This document shows, piece after piece, positions 54,743 through 64,000 of a DNA stretch of 64,000 nt. The DNA comes from Limisphaerales bacterium. GTDB taxonomy: Bacteria; Verrucomicrobiota; Verrucomicrobiia; Limisphaerales; UBA8199. The stretch spans positions 21,841 to 85,840 of the forward strand of contig JBGALR010000026.1 of NCBI GenBank assembly GCA_044223735.1. Reading direction: 5' to 3'. A model generated the notes under the pieces. The model made no database searches and had not been told where the DNA came from. It was given only the letters and a program-made list of their open reading frames with translations. The position numbers and the translations under genes are program-made. How positions within the stretch are numbered: position 1 is the stretch's first letter; each line of letters begins with the position of its first letter.

Positions 54743-57229
54743 CTATTCAAAAAGTTCCTGAGCTTTTGCTTGTTCCAGTACAGGATCGGGGAGTTCTGTA
54801 AGGTGGTCGCTCGTGATTCGAGTTCCTTCCGTGGTTTTGAGTTCCCATCCCTTGTCGCGCCATTCGATCGTGGTAGCGCCATCGGCGCGGGTGTAGACCA
54901 CCGGGGTTTTGCGAAGGGCCAGTCGCTGGTGCAATGCGAGACTGGCGCGTTCCAACGGAGGGAATTCCGAATCCACCACCACGATCAAGCGCGGCTGGAT
55001 CGCATCCAGCAGAGCGTCACAGATGGGTTCATTTTGGACCGGCAGGCCGGTGACCACGATGTCAGCACGAAGATTCGGGTTTCTTTCGAGCAAGGCTTCC
55101 TGCCCGGGACGCCCGAGGTCCGAGAGCAGCAGAATGCGGCAACCGTGGAAGGTGCCATCGAGCACGAGCGCGTTGTCATCGGCTTGCGGGAACCGGTCTG
55201 TCGCATTCGGATGCAGGACGGTCCATGGGCCCACGCGATTAGTCCGAGTGACAGTCTGAAGCTTGTTGGTCGTGGCGCTCCAATCCTTGAGGATTTTCCG
55301 ATAAACGGGCGAGCGAAAGCGCACAGGACTCACGTAAACTTTTGGCACCGCAAATAAATTACCCACCAGTTCCGCTCCGCCCACATGCCGTAAGTCGCCG
55401 TGGGTCAGTGCCAACGTGGGAAGGCGATTAACTCCCTGCGCGCGCAGAAATGGCTTGGTGATAAACTGAACCGCATTGGAGTTGCCGCCATCGATCATCA
55501 AGTCGTCCTTCGATCCGGGCGCGTGAAAATAGAGCGCCATGCCGCCGTTCACTGGCAGCAGGCTCAAACGTGTGAGGTTGGAATTCTGCCAGTAGTGCCA
55601 GCCGCAGCCACCCAGGACGACGGCGAGCGCTGCGATTCTCCACTGGCGCAATTTTGGTTTAAACAGCCACCCTGTCACAAGCGCCAGCAGCACGAGATAA
55701 TACAGATAGGTGGTGATGAGAGCTGGCTGCGGCACGTAGTAATAGGCTGCCGGCCATTTTTCAAACCATTGGCTGCTTTTCTGGATGAACCACATAATTC
55801 CCCAGCCGGCGTGGTTGAAGATTTCAGCGGCGGCTGGAAGCCAACCGGCAACCAACAGGCTGCTGAGATTGCAGATTAGAACCAGGCCGCACGCCGGTAC
55901 CGCGACCATGTTGGCCGGCGTGCTGACCGGAGTTACGATATGAAAGTAAAGCGCCACGAGCGGCAGCGATGCGACCCATGCGGCAAGCGAACTGGAAAAT
56001 AGTTCCAGCACAACTCGCGTAACGGTGTCGAGGAACTTTCGCCACTTGGGCCGCAGTTGGTCGGGCAGGAGCGGGTCAGCGAGGGTGAGGCGCTGTCGGA
56101 AACGTTCAAGCGCGGTGAGGGCGATGATGATATAAAAGACCACCACAAAAGAGAGCTGAAAGCCGGCCTGAAACAATTGCGAGGGCTGCCAAAGCAGAAT
56201 CACAATTGCCGCCGCGTAAAGTGAATTCATGGTATCGCTCGGCCGTTTAAGCACCCAGCCCATGATGACAATCGTCAACATAATGTTGGCGCGAATGGCC
56301 GAGGCGGGCCAGCCCGTCAATGCAGTATAAAACCAAATGATGGGCAAAAGGATCAGCGCGCAAGCGGCGCGAGGGACGCGAAGTGCCCGAAGTAGCGCAA
56401 AGAAAATGCCCGAGATGATGGCCATGCGCAGTCCATCCACGGCAAAAATATGATATGTTGCCGCGCGCACGAAAGGTTCGGAAATCTCCTCGGTCATCGC
56501 CTGTTTCCAGCCCAGCGTCAGCGCCCACTCCAGGCGCAAGGGTTCGTCCTCCTCCGGCATGCCCAACGCCAGCGCCCGTTTTGCCCACGCGCGAAAGCGA
56601 TCCGCCACCGGCGGAGTTCCGAAAGGACCGCACAACTGCCAGTCCTTGTCGGATGAAACGCGGAGTTGATAATAAATGCCTTTGTCCGCGAGATACGCGC
56701 GATAATCGAAGGTTCCTTCAGCGGCAGCGATTTTTGGTCGCGCGGCAACGCCGATGATTTCCACTGGCTGACCGCCAAAATAATTCGTGGAAATTGTCCC
56801 CAAAGTCGTGATCGCAATGATTCCCTCCGCTGGCGCCCACGCACCGCCGTTCGTTCGAAGTTCGGTGAGTCTGATTTGGGCAACCGAACTCCAGGATTCC
56901 TTTTCGCCGAGAACAAAAACCCTTTCAGTCGGCGTTTCCAGGAGCACGCCACGGATGCTGGCGATCGCTGGTTCCTGGCCGAGAAGGCGGCGAATGTCGA
57001 ACGGTGAAATGATGGCGGTGTGTAATGAGTAGTTCGTACAGCCGGTCAGGACGCAAAGCGCGTACAGGAGGTAAAGCCGTGCGCGGGACCATGCGAACGC
57101 GACGATGGTAACGCAACCCGAGGCCGCGAGGAGCGGGTAGGGTGAAAGCGGAATGTAGCGGGAAATCAAAATCCCGCACACGTGGAACAACGCCACCCAA
57201 AGAAGTGGTCGCTTCATCAACCCGGCCAA
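54743..57229 (-). CDS. comEC: DNA internalization-related competence protein ComEC/Rec2 (with a C-terminal metallo-beta-lactamase domain)
   Basis: 828 aa with an N-terminal DUF4131-like region and a polytopic competence domain. The C-terminal part (LPTLALTHGDLRHVGG ... LLLSDLG) fits an MBL fold. Confidence 0.85.
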   Translation of the reverse strand: MAGLMKRPLLWVALFHVCGILISRYIPLSPYPLLAASGCVTIVAFAWSRARLYLLYALCVLTGCTNYSLHTAIISPFDIRRLLGQEPAIASIRGVLLETPTERVFVLGEKESWSSVAQIRLTELRTNGGAWAPAEGIIAITTLGTISTNYFGGQPVEIIGVAARPKIAAAEGTFDYRAYLADKGIYYQLRVSSDKDWQLCGPFGTPPVADRFRAWAKRALALGMPEEDEPLRLEWALTLGWKQAMTEEISEPFVRAATYHIFAVDGLRMAIISGIFFALLRALRVPRAACALILLPIIWFYTALTGWPASAIRANIMLTIVIMGWVLKRPSDTMNSLYAAAIVILLWQPSQLFQAGFQLSFVVVFYIIIALTALERFRQRLTLADPLLPDQLRPKWRKFLDTVTRVVLELFSSSLAAWVASLPLVALYFHIVTPVSTPANMVAVPACGLVLICNLSSLLVAGWLPAAAEIFNHAGWGIMWFIQKSSQWFEKWPAAYYYVPQPALITTYLYYLVLLALVTGWLFKPKLRQWRIAALAVVLGGCGWHYWQNSNLTRLSLLPVNGGMALYFHAPGSKDDLMIDGGNSNAVQFITKPFLRAQGVNRLPTLALTHGDLRHVGGAELVGNLFAVPKVYVSPVRFRSPVYRKILKDWSATTNKLQTVTRTNRVGPWTVLHPNATDRFPQADDNALVLDGTFHGCRILLLSDLGRPGQEALLERNPNLRADIVVTGLPVQNEPICDALLDAIQPRLIVVVDSEFPPLERASLALHQRLALRKTPVVYTRADGATTIEWRDKGWELKTTEGTRITSDHLTELPDPVLEQAKAQELFE

Positions 57230-57275
57230 GCTTAGTCACTGTAAACAGGCTCGGCGATAGCAAAATCCAACTGGG

Positions 57276-57770
57276 TCAAGTTACTGTGTCTTGCGCCGCA
57301 AGAGGCTTCGCGCGCCACCATCCCAACGCTTTGCCAACGGCCCACAGGAGCAGCAGCCCGCAGACTCCGCCAGTCGTATCGATCACCACGTCGCGCACCG
57401 AGCCTTCGCGCGAGGGGACGAACAGTTGGTGAAATTCGTCGCTCGCCGCATAAAGCAACACCAGCAGTATGGTTTTTCCCGCGACGGACCATTGCCACGG
57501 ACGGAGATCGTTCCGCTGTGGTTTGCTAAATGCCCGCCAGATGAGCAGGCTCAGAACCGCAAACTCCGTCAGATGTGCGCATTTGCGGACAATGATAACC
57601 GCCAGGTGGACCGCGCCGTCGGAGATGGTCGGGAAGAGCCAGTGCAAAAAGGGTCCGACGATCCGCGAGGAATGCTTGAACGAGCCCTGGTCACTGGAGG
57701 CCGAAAAAATCAGCGCCATGCACACCAGCACCGGCAGCCAGTAATAAATGAACGCGCGCTGCTTGGACAC
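57276..57770 (-). CDS. VanZ-family membrane protein
   Basis: A GTG start at 57768-57770 was chosen, just after the upstream stop. Supporting motifs are LIFSASSDQG, RKCAHLTEFAVLSLLIWRA and SDEFHQLFVPSREGSVRDVVIDTTG. Confidence 0.7.
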   Translation of the reverse strand: MSKQRAFIYYWLPVLVCMALIFSASSDQGSFKHSSRIVGPFLHWLFPTISDGAVHLAVIIVRKCAHLTEFAVLSLLIWRAFSKPQRNDLRPWQWSVAGKTILLVLLYAASDEFHQLFVPSREGSVRDVVIDTTGGVCGLLLLWAVGKALGWWRAKPLAAQDTVT

Positions 57771-57781
57771 GGCACGCCGCG

Positions 57782-59443
57782 TTAGCGGATTTCCGCTTCG
57801 AGCTGCCGCAGGCAATGCGTCAAATACGGCAACAGTTGTTTCTTGCGCGAAACCACATCGGCCAGTTCGTAGATGCCGGGCTCCTGTCGTGGATAATCGA
57901 TGCGGGCCGCGAACGCGCCGTCGCCCACCAACAACAAGAGCGAGAGCTGTTTCGTGACATCGGTTACGAGCAACGCCGAAAAGAAATGCCCGCGCTTGCG
58001 GCGATAATCCTCCAGCGCCAGCAGCAGCTCGGATTTCTGTTTCCAAAATTCGTTGAAGCCTGTCTCTTCAATCTGCGCCACGCTGAACGTCTTTGCGCCT
58101 TCCTGATATTCCTTGCAATCGGTCTTGATCGCTTGCGGCGCCGATTTCAGGCTCAACAGCGAACCGCACGCGAACAGCTTGTCGGTGAAATCCTTCGCGT
58201 CCACGCCCGCCAGCTTTTCGAGCTTCTTTAACACTTCCGCATCCTGCGGAGTCGTGGTCGGCGACGTTAGGTTGAGCGTGTCAGATACCAGGCCCGCCAG
58301 CAACAACCCCGCGATCGGCTTCGGCAACTCGACGTTATGACGAAAGAAACAATCCGCGACGATCGTGCTCGTCGAACCCACCGGCTCGTTGCGGAATAAA
58401 ATGGGCTGATGCGTCGTCAGGCTGCCAATGCGGTGATGGTCAATGATCTCAATGATCTCCACTTCGTCCGCGCCTTGAACCGCCTGCGAAAGCTCGTTGT
58501 GATCCACGAGAATCAGCTTGCGCGTGACTGTTTTCAAAAAGTCCGTCTTCGAAAGAATGCCCACAGTGCGGCCGGCGCTGTCGAGCACGGGAAAGATCTG
58601 AAACCCGGACGATGTGGCCTCGCTCTTTACCGCGGCGAGCGATGCCTCTTCGGGGAAACAGAGAAACGATTCGTTCAGCACGTGCCGGATCGCGACCGCC
58701 GCGCGGCAGAGTGCCGCCGTCGTGGCGGTATCGTGCGGCGAGATGATCAGGCTGACGCCGTTGCGCTTCGCCACCTCCATCGTTTTGGTTTCGACGTTGA
58801 GACCGCCCGTAGCGATGACCACTCGCACCTTTTCGCGGATGGCGAGATTCTGGATGTCCCAACGATCGCCCACCACCACCGCGAGTTTGTCGCGCGGGAA
58901 GGTTTCCAATCGTTCGGCAAACGAGTCGAGACCCATCGCCCCGATCATCATCGTCAAATCCTCCTCTTTGTCGGCGTCACCGGCGGAGATTAATTCACCG
59001 TTCAGTGTTCGAGCGAGGTTGCTCAACGAGGAAAGCACGCGCCGCGAATCCAGCAGCCGCTTCGTCGTCGGAAACAAAAACTTCGTCAGCTTGAAGAGCG
59101 ACAGCAATCCGCGACAGCGATGTTCCGCATCGAGAACCGGCAGGATACGAATATTGTGTTCGTCCATGAGGCCCAGCGTCTCCGCTGCCGTCGTATCCGG
59201 CGTCACGCTCATCACGTTCGGCTGCATCACGTCCCGCACCGTCGGCGAAACATTCGAGACAAATTTCGGCGCCGGCACGCCAAACGTTTTCAGGACGAAA
59301 TCGATGCGCTCATTGGTGTCGCCGCAGCGCGCGGCCACCGCCTCGGGCATCCCCGTCCGGCGCTTGAACTCCGCATAACCGATGGCGGAGCAAATCGCGT
59401 CAGTATCCGGATTGCGATGTCCAATAACGAGAATTTCGCTCAT
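57782..59443 (-). CDS. CBS-domain-containing DHH/DHHA2 family II inorganic pyrophosphatase-like protein
   Basis: The N-terminus ILVIGHRNPDTDAICSAIGYAEF is a DHH pattern. An internal CBS pair and a DRTGG-like region follow, then IIDHHR and a DHHA2-like C-terminus. Confidence 0.8.
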   Translation of the reverse strand: MSEILVIGHRNPDTDAICSAIGYAEFKRRTGMPEAVAARCGDTNERIDFVLKTFGVPAPKFVSNVSPTVRDVMQPNVMSVTPDTTAAETLGLMDEHNIRILPVLDAEHRCRGLLSLFKLTKFLFPTTKRLLDSRRVLSSLSNLARTLNGELISAGDADKEEDLTMMIGAMGLDSFAERLETFPRDKLAVVVGDRWDIQNLAIREKVRVVIATGGLNVETKTMEVAKRNGVSLIISPHDTATTAALCRAAVAIRHVLNESFLCFPEEASLAAVKSEATSSGFQIFPVLDSAGRTVGILSKTDFLKTVTRKLILVDHNELSQAVQGADEVEIIEIIDHHRIGSLTTHQPILFRNEPVGSTSTIVADCFFRHNVELPKPIAGLLLAGLVSDTLNLTSPTTTPQDAEVLKKLEKLAGVDAKDFTDKLFACGSLLSLKSAPQAIKTDCKEYQEGAKTFSVAQIEETGFNEFWKQKSELLLALEDYRRKRGHFFSALLVTDVTKQLSLLLLVGDGAFAARIDYPRQEPGIYELADVVSRKKQLLPYLTHCLRQLEAEIR

Positions 59444-59620
59444 AAAGTCGGCAAACTTAGCACCATACGATAAAACTGATAGTTTTTTATGATGTCGCAG
59501 GCCAACGACTTACGAAGTTGGCGTGGGACATCACCCCATATTGAGCAAAGCGTTTGCCAAGGGAACATCGGTGTGAAAATTTCCCTTAGACTTTTGCTTC
59601 TTTGCCTCTGTTGCCCGGGC

Positions 59621-60307
59621 TCACCGGACTATGTCATCAACGGGCTTTTTTTCAATCCTCACGGATGAGACGCTGGCGGCCAAATCGTTAAGTCTCATTT
59701 CCAGCACGACGGTTTCCAGACGAACGTGGCCCAGGTCGGGCCAAAGAAAGTTCAGCAGTCGCGGGGACACAGCCCCGACGATCTGCTGCGCTTTCTGTGA
59801 TGCTCGACCGCCTGCGTTTCCCCGCATAAACGGATTGTCGATGCCCAGCGGAAACCCGGAACGATACGAGGGGTAACTGATTTCCACCCGGCAAGCCTGT
59901 GCCCCATGCGGGACGAGAATTAAAAACCTTGCGCCCTCCATCGTTGACGGGATGCCATCGGATCGATCCGGCCGAACCATTACGGATTTGGGACAATCCA
60001 CCCAATGATTATCAACACATGCTTGGATCGTCTCCCGTAGGATAGGCACCGGATGGTTGGTGGAAACGTGCTGGCGAGCGGCGAACTCAATTGCGTCGTA
60101 CGCGGGCTGTTCCTGAGTTCCCACATCCAACTCCTCCGACCAATAAAGGCTCTGGCGGTTGGCCGGCAACAGCGGTTTCACGCTCATCGGAATCAGGTCA
60201 AACGGACGTTGCTCCGGCCAACCCCACAGGGCGAAGAGGACCACCATCATCAACGCGATTACACCGCCCGCGATGAGCGCGATATTCTTTAATTTGCGGG
60301 AAAGCAT
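59621..60307 (-). CDS. Hypothetical membrane-anchored protein
   Basis: 228 aa with an N-terminal TM segment (IALIAGGVIALMMVVLFALWGW). No family was recognised. It lies directly downstream, on the same strand, of repeat copy C. Confidence 0.55.
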   Translation of the reverse strand: MLSRKLKNIALIAGGVIALMMVVLFALWGWPEQRPFDLIPMSVKPLLPANRQSLYWSEELDVGTQEQPAYDAIEFAARQHVSTNHPVPILRETIQACVDNHWVDCPKSVMVRPDRSDGIPSTMEGARFLILVPHGAQACRVEISYPSYRSGFPLGIDNPFMRGNAGGRASQKAQQIVGAVSPRLLNFLWPDLGHVRLETVVLEMRLNDLAASVSSVRIEKKPVDDIVR

Positions 60308-60378
60308 GAATTGCCGACCAGTTTGTTACGCGAGCGCCGGCGGTTTGTCACCAGGTTCAGCATGCGTCGGGATCTTTT

Positions 60379-60936
60379 CCATTCGAAATTCGAAAATCTG
60401 CATTCGACATTCCCAAGTTGGGTTCGTTTTCCAAATCGCAAAACTCTAAATCGGTCATAACCCATTATCAGTAATGACTTTGTGAATTTCCCAAGTTGGG
60501 TTCGTTTGGTAAAATTTACATTTTCGCGAACTTCCCCCTCGCTCCGAACAGCCGCGCTGCGCCCCAAGCCGTACCACTCCGCGACTCGGCCGAACCAAGG
60601 CATCTCCATGACCTCCGGAAGGGTGCCGAAGGGTATCGAACCGTCCAAAGGGAAGGCTGGAGAAAGCCAGGGCTGTCCTTCCGACGGTAGGGCGATCTCC
60701 GAGAGCGCCGGGAAAAAATTGATTCCTCAACGGTCCCAGCGACCGCCCAAGCATCACAATTCAATACACCGAACCAAACTAACCAACGGCGCCCTTCCTG
60801 ACAGCGGCCGGGACTGGCATCGAGTCCGGCCTGCCTCCTGCGAGTACTCACCATCTATTTTCAAAGAACAAATCTACCGACCCCGCGATCTTAAACCAGG
60901 GGGTGGGACAAATGCTGTCCAATGGTCCAACGCCGG
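60379..60936 (-). repeat. Copy C (full length, inverted relative to copy B) of the three-copy conserved non-coding element
   Basis: Its reverse complement aligns block for block with 39472-40076. Block 1 lies at 60899-60928, TGTTCTTTGAAAA at 60858-60870, the hairpin at 60729-60747 and the 3' module at about 60379-60525. By eye the 3' module shows about 7 differences in about 150 nt versus copy B. Confidence 0.9.
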
Positions 60937-61133
60937 AATTCTTATCGGATCTCCTAAAAGATTTACCTTGGACCAACTTTGATTAGCCGGGGCGAAGGCA
61001 CCACCATCGTTACCCAATTTCCCCTCCGCCCCTCACGCCCGGGCCCGCGCTGAGTGCCCGGGGGGTGTTCAAAGAGGGCATGCAAAAAGATGGCTTTGGT
61101 CCGCCGTTTCCGTGCATTTTGACGGCCAACGTT

Positions 61134-61496
61134 ATGAAGAAGAACTCCGTTGTTCCTGGTCCCGTGCTGCCCAAATTGCGGGTCGTTTGCAGTCGCAGCA
61201 CGACGCTGGGCCCGGGGCGGGTGGAGTTGATGGAATTGGTCGGCGAAACGGGAAGCCTGCGCGCCGCGGCGTCAAAAATGGGAATGGCCTACATGACGGC
61301 GTGGAAGCACATGAAAGTTTTGAATCGCACCTTTCGTGGGCCAGTGGTGGTGTCGAAGCGGGGCGGCAAAGCGGGCGGGGGAGCTGAGTTGACCGAGGTC
61401 GGTCGACAGGTAGTAAAATTGTATCATCGAATGGAAAAGCAAAGCCACGCCGCCATCCAAAAAGGATTTCGACAGCTTCAGGCGTTGGTGAAGTAG
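61134..61496 (+). CDS. ModE-N-terminal-domain-like winged-helix regulator
   Basis: GPGRVELMELVGETGSLRAAASKMGMAYMTAWKHMKVLNRTFRGPVVVSKRGGKAGGGAELTEVG matches the ModE/LysR-type HTH_1-like N-domain. No Mop domains are present. Confidence 0.7.
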   Translation: MKKNSVVPGPVLPKLRVVCSRSTTLGPGRVELMELVGETGSLRAAASKMGMAYMTAWKHMKVLNRTFRGPVVVSKRGGKAGGGAELTEVGRQVVKLYHRMEKQSHAAIQKGFRQLQALVK

Positions 61497-61510
61497 CGTC
61501 CTGTCGCCCG

Positions 61511-62368
61511 CTATTTGCCGGTGCCCTCGACGTAAACGGGATGAAACAGCGGGCCGCGACCGGTCAGCTTCTCGCCAAAATCGGCGAGAAAACGCTGCAC
61601 TTTGGGCGATAGTAGAAAATCGGAAAGCGCCCGCGCCCCCGCTGCGTTCACACCCGGAAACCTTTTCGGATTCGCCTCCATCACAATGAACGGCCGGCGC
61701 ATCGTGCGATCGCCTTGCACCATGATTTCCATGCCGGTCGCGTTCATCTTGCCGACGCGCGCGGGAATGTAGCCGACAATGACGTATGCGTTATTTGTGC
61801 GGGCGAATTGGAGAATATCGTATTTGGAAACGGTATCGTCCTTGAGGATCCAGTCTCCCTTCGGTTCGATGCCGGCGGCGTCCCAGAGATTGTGGGCGAG
61901 TTCGCGGCTGCCGATGCCCTGAAAATCCACAAAGTGCGTTTTTGTCTTGGCAATTTTTCTCAACGCCGCCGCTCCGTTCGTCATGCCACGAATGTGCGCG
62001 GGGTCGTTCGTGGGGCCGACGATGGAGAGTTCGTTGCGCGTCCATGGGCGCATGTTAACGCCGAAGCCATCTGCCGCCAGATCGGTGGTGATATCGCCGG
62101 AGTGCATCGTGATGAGGTCCGCTTTTCCCTCGCGGAACACCCTGGCGATCTCGGGCCGGGGGCCGGTGGCGGCGAGTTCGCAGCGATAGCCAGTCTCAGC
62201 CTCGAACATTCGGGAAATCTCCAGCCACAGTCCGGTCATCGTCATGCCGCCGATGACTGCGCAACGAACCACTTGGTTCGTGGAGGTGTTTTTTTCAGCG
62301 GCGAGTTGGGGCTGGGCGAAGGCGGTGACGCCAGCCAGCATGAAGACACCGATAAACTTGAGTTTCAT
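61511..62368 (-). CDS. Periplasmic substrate-binding protein (PBP_like_2; tungstate/molybdate/oxyanion-binding-like)
   Basis: 285 aa with a signal peptide. The two-lobe PBP pattern (VRCAVIGGMT..., GKADLITMHSG, VIVGYIPA) resembles TupA-like binding proteins by recollection. Confidence 0.65.
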   Translation of the reverse strand: MKLKFIGVFMLAGVTAFAQPQLAAEKNTSTNQVVRCAVIGGMTMTGLWLEISRMFEAETGYRCELAATGPRPEIARVFREGKADLITMHSGDITTDLAADGFGVNMRPWTRNELSIVGPTNDPAHIRGMTNGAAALRKIAKTKTHFVDFQGIGSRELAHNLWDAAGIEPKGDWILKDDTVSKYDILQFARTNNAYVIVGYIPARVGKMNATGMEIMVQGDRTMRRPFIVMEANPKRFPGVNAAGARALSDFLLSPKVQRFLADFGEKLTGRGPLFHPVYVEGTGK

Positions 62369-62370
62369 CG

Positions 62371-63072
62371 TTAGTAATTTCCCGCAGTCAAATCGCTGTC
62401 GGTGCCGGTCAGCCAGGAGATATCAGCTCGTTTGGGATCGCCCACGCCGCAGCCGACATAGTCCCCGGAGAAGGTACCGGCCTGCCCGCCGAGGAAAAGG
62501 AGATTGGCGCGATTGGAATGGCGAGCAACGGCGCTGTGGGGCTTTACCGACGGGTATGTGGAGGCGTATGGCCCGGGGGCTTCGGCCATGGCGACCACCT
62601 GCATGGGACGAGCGACCTCGGAATATTTGGTCGCAACGGGTAAATTCCACGTGCTCAAATTCATGTTCATGCTGTACGGCAGAAAATGGTTGCTGCCTGT
62701 ATCCCGCGCGGTGGCGCATACGAAAACCGTGCGGGCGCCTGGTTTGAATTTTTGATTCGCGGCGAAAAGCTGCTGGTACGATTTTGAGCCGAAGTAAACC
62801 GGCAGACAATTGAACCAATCCTCAGGCCGGTCGATTTGAAACAGCGCCTGCACCCCCTGGCCGCGTCGCGGCAGAAAGTCGTTGTTGTCGTCGGCATATT
62901 GCCGATACGCAAGACTCCATTGGTGCAGATTGGAAAGGCATTGGGCGGACTGCGCTTTGCTTTTTGCACGAGCCAGCGCGGGGATCAAAAGGCTCGCCAG
63001 CAGGGCAATGATTGCGATAACCACGAGCAACTCGATCAGCGTGAAGGCGTGCCTGGAGCGCGATGGGATCAT
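62371..63072 (-). CDS. Prepilin-type N-terminal cleavage/methylation domain protein (H-X9-GG variant)
   Basis: Contains [30 protein letters not shown] and a C-terminal [13 protein letters not shown]. It overlaps the upstream gene stop as ATGA. Confidence 0.85.
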   Translation of the reverse strand: MIPSRSRHAFTLIELLVVIAIIALLASLLIPALARAKSKAQSAQCLSNLHQWSLAYRQYADDNNDFLPRRGQGVQALFQIDRPEDWFNCLPVYFGSKSYQQLFAANQKFKPGARTVFVCATARDTGSNHFLPYSMNMNLSTWNLPVATKYSEVARPMQVVAMAEAPGPYASTYPSVKPHSAVARHSNRANLLFLGGQAGTFSGDYVGCGVGDPKRADISWLTGTDSDLTAGNY

Positions 63073-63836
63073 CCGCGGCGGTTTTTACGCGAATACTTGC
63101 GCCGGAGCAATATCGCTCCGCCCAGACCGGCGAGACCAATCGTTCCCGGCTCCGGCACGGCGGTGATGGCAAGAACCGGTCGAAGTGATGCGGTTCCGAA
63201 ACTGCGTGAATTGAACAGGTAGCTGACCGAGGCATCGGCGGCGAAAAGATCTAAACTGACAAGACCACCCCCGAGCACATCGGCTGAAAAACCGGAAGTG
63301 AGGCTGAGATTATTGGTGGTCGAACCGCTGGTACCGCCGGCGAAACTAAAGGTGCCCAGTCCTTCATCACTCCCACCCAGAAACGAGGGCAGGGTGGCAA
63401 ATGTGATACCAGTCGTGATGGGAGCGGCTGGCGTCCCCGTGCCTTCGACCCAGGAATCGTTTTGCATCCAAGTGACGCCGAATTGACCGGCGACGTTCGC
63501 GTTGAAGATGGGATTGCCCGGTGACGTGGCAGCGAGCGAGAGGGTGACGGATTGGATAGTCCACTGGCCTGCGCCGTATTGCGCGTCAAAGGACGATTTG
63601 GCGGCGGCAAGGTTGAATTGAATCACGCTCTGAAACTGGCCTTGGGGCGAACCTGCCGCCGAAATGCCCAATGCGCCCGCGCCGCCGTAGTTGTTGGCGC
63701 CGTTGTTGGCCATAACAAACGCGTCCGCCGTGGGATTAAGTGTGAAAGTAGCGGCGTCGGTTGACCGCGCGAGGAAGAGCGTCGCCGCGGAAAGAAAAGC
63801 CGTCAGCAAACGGAGCAAATTCGGGGTTGTGTTCAT
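63069..63836 (-). CDS. PEP-CTERM sorting-domain secreted protein
   Basis: The start was set at MNTTPNLL, ahead of a signal peptide. The C-terminus [29 protein letters not shown] shows PEP, a TM segment and a basic tail. Confidence 0.8.
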   Translation of the reverse strand: MNTTPNLLRLLTAFLSAATLFLARSTDAATFTLNPTADAFVMANNGANNYGGAGALGISAAGSPQGQFQSVIQFNLAAAKSSFDAQYGAGQWTIQSVTLSLAATSPGNPIFNANVAGQFGVTWMQNDSWVEGTGTPAAPITTGITFATLPSFLGGSDEGLGTFSFAGGTSGSTTNNLSLTSGFSADVLGGGLVSLDLFAADASVSYLFNSRSFGTASLRPVLAITAVPEPGTIGLAGLGGAILLRRKYSRKNRRG

Positions 63837-64000
63837 TCGATATATAACTATATATATATCGCTACGAAGAAAGACCGGCAACATAAATATGTCCGCGCTA
63901 TTGCGTCCCTGATGGTCTGGGGGGCGGCGCAATTTTATGTGTCGGCGCAAACCACGAATCTTTTGTATCCCTCAGCCGATGCCTTTGTGCGCGCGGCGGT

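Overview
GC-rich bacterial chromosomal segment, best explained as a PVC-superphylum (Verrucomicrobiota-like) organism. The evidence is four prepilin-type N-terminal methylation-motif proteins (one with an exact H-X9-DG tail), a PEP-CTERM protein and many secreted glycan-active enzymes. All family names come from motif recognition and recall; no searches were run. Content from left to right: (1) the end of a type I R-M locus (hsdM). (2) A pectin/glycan utilisation block with S1/P1 nuclease, glutaminase-like GH, GH28, a PL1-TSP3-FGE-like fusion, a tandem serine hydrolase, a large GH-like protein and AraC. (3) An acid-sugar cluster built around a RuBisCO-like protein directly abutting a DUF1537 kinase, plus HAD, PfkB, MFS, racemase-like and BKACE genes. 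(4) A decaying island at the 3' end of tRNA-Val, holding an IS66 remnant, an intact IS4-family element, a degraded helicase-nuclease gene, a Y1-transposase remnant and hipBA. (5) About 20 kb of housekeeping genes (nth, lipoate ligase-like, DUF1015, fused ABC-2 permease paralogs, comEC, vanZ, CBS-DHH pyrophosphatase). (6) A PEP-CTERM/prepilin/periplasmic-binding-protein operon. The most unusual signal is a non-coding element of about 0.46-0.6 kb present three times (2359-2817 +, 39472-40076 +, 60379-60936 -). Its copies share six ordered near-identical blocks separated by unalignable spacers, a hairpin kept by compensatory changes, a boxA-like motif and palindromic or tandem motifs. Two of the copies are inverted and bracket the 20 kb housekeeping block. 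I could not assign the element to any RNA or IS family I know. No CRISPR array or rRNA gene was seen.
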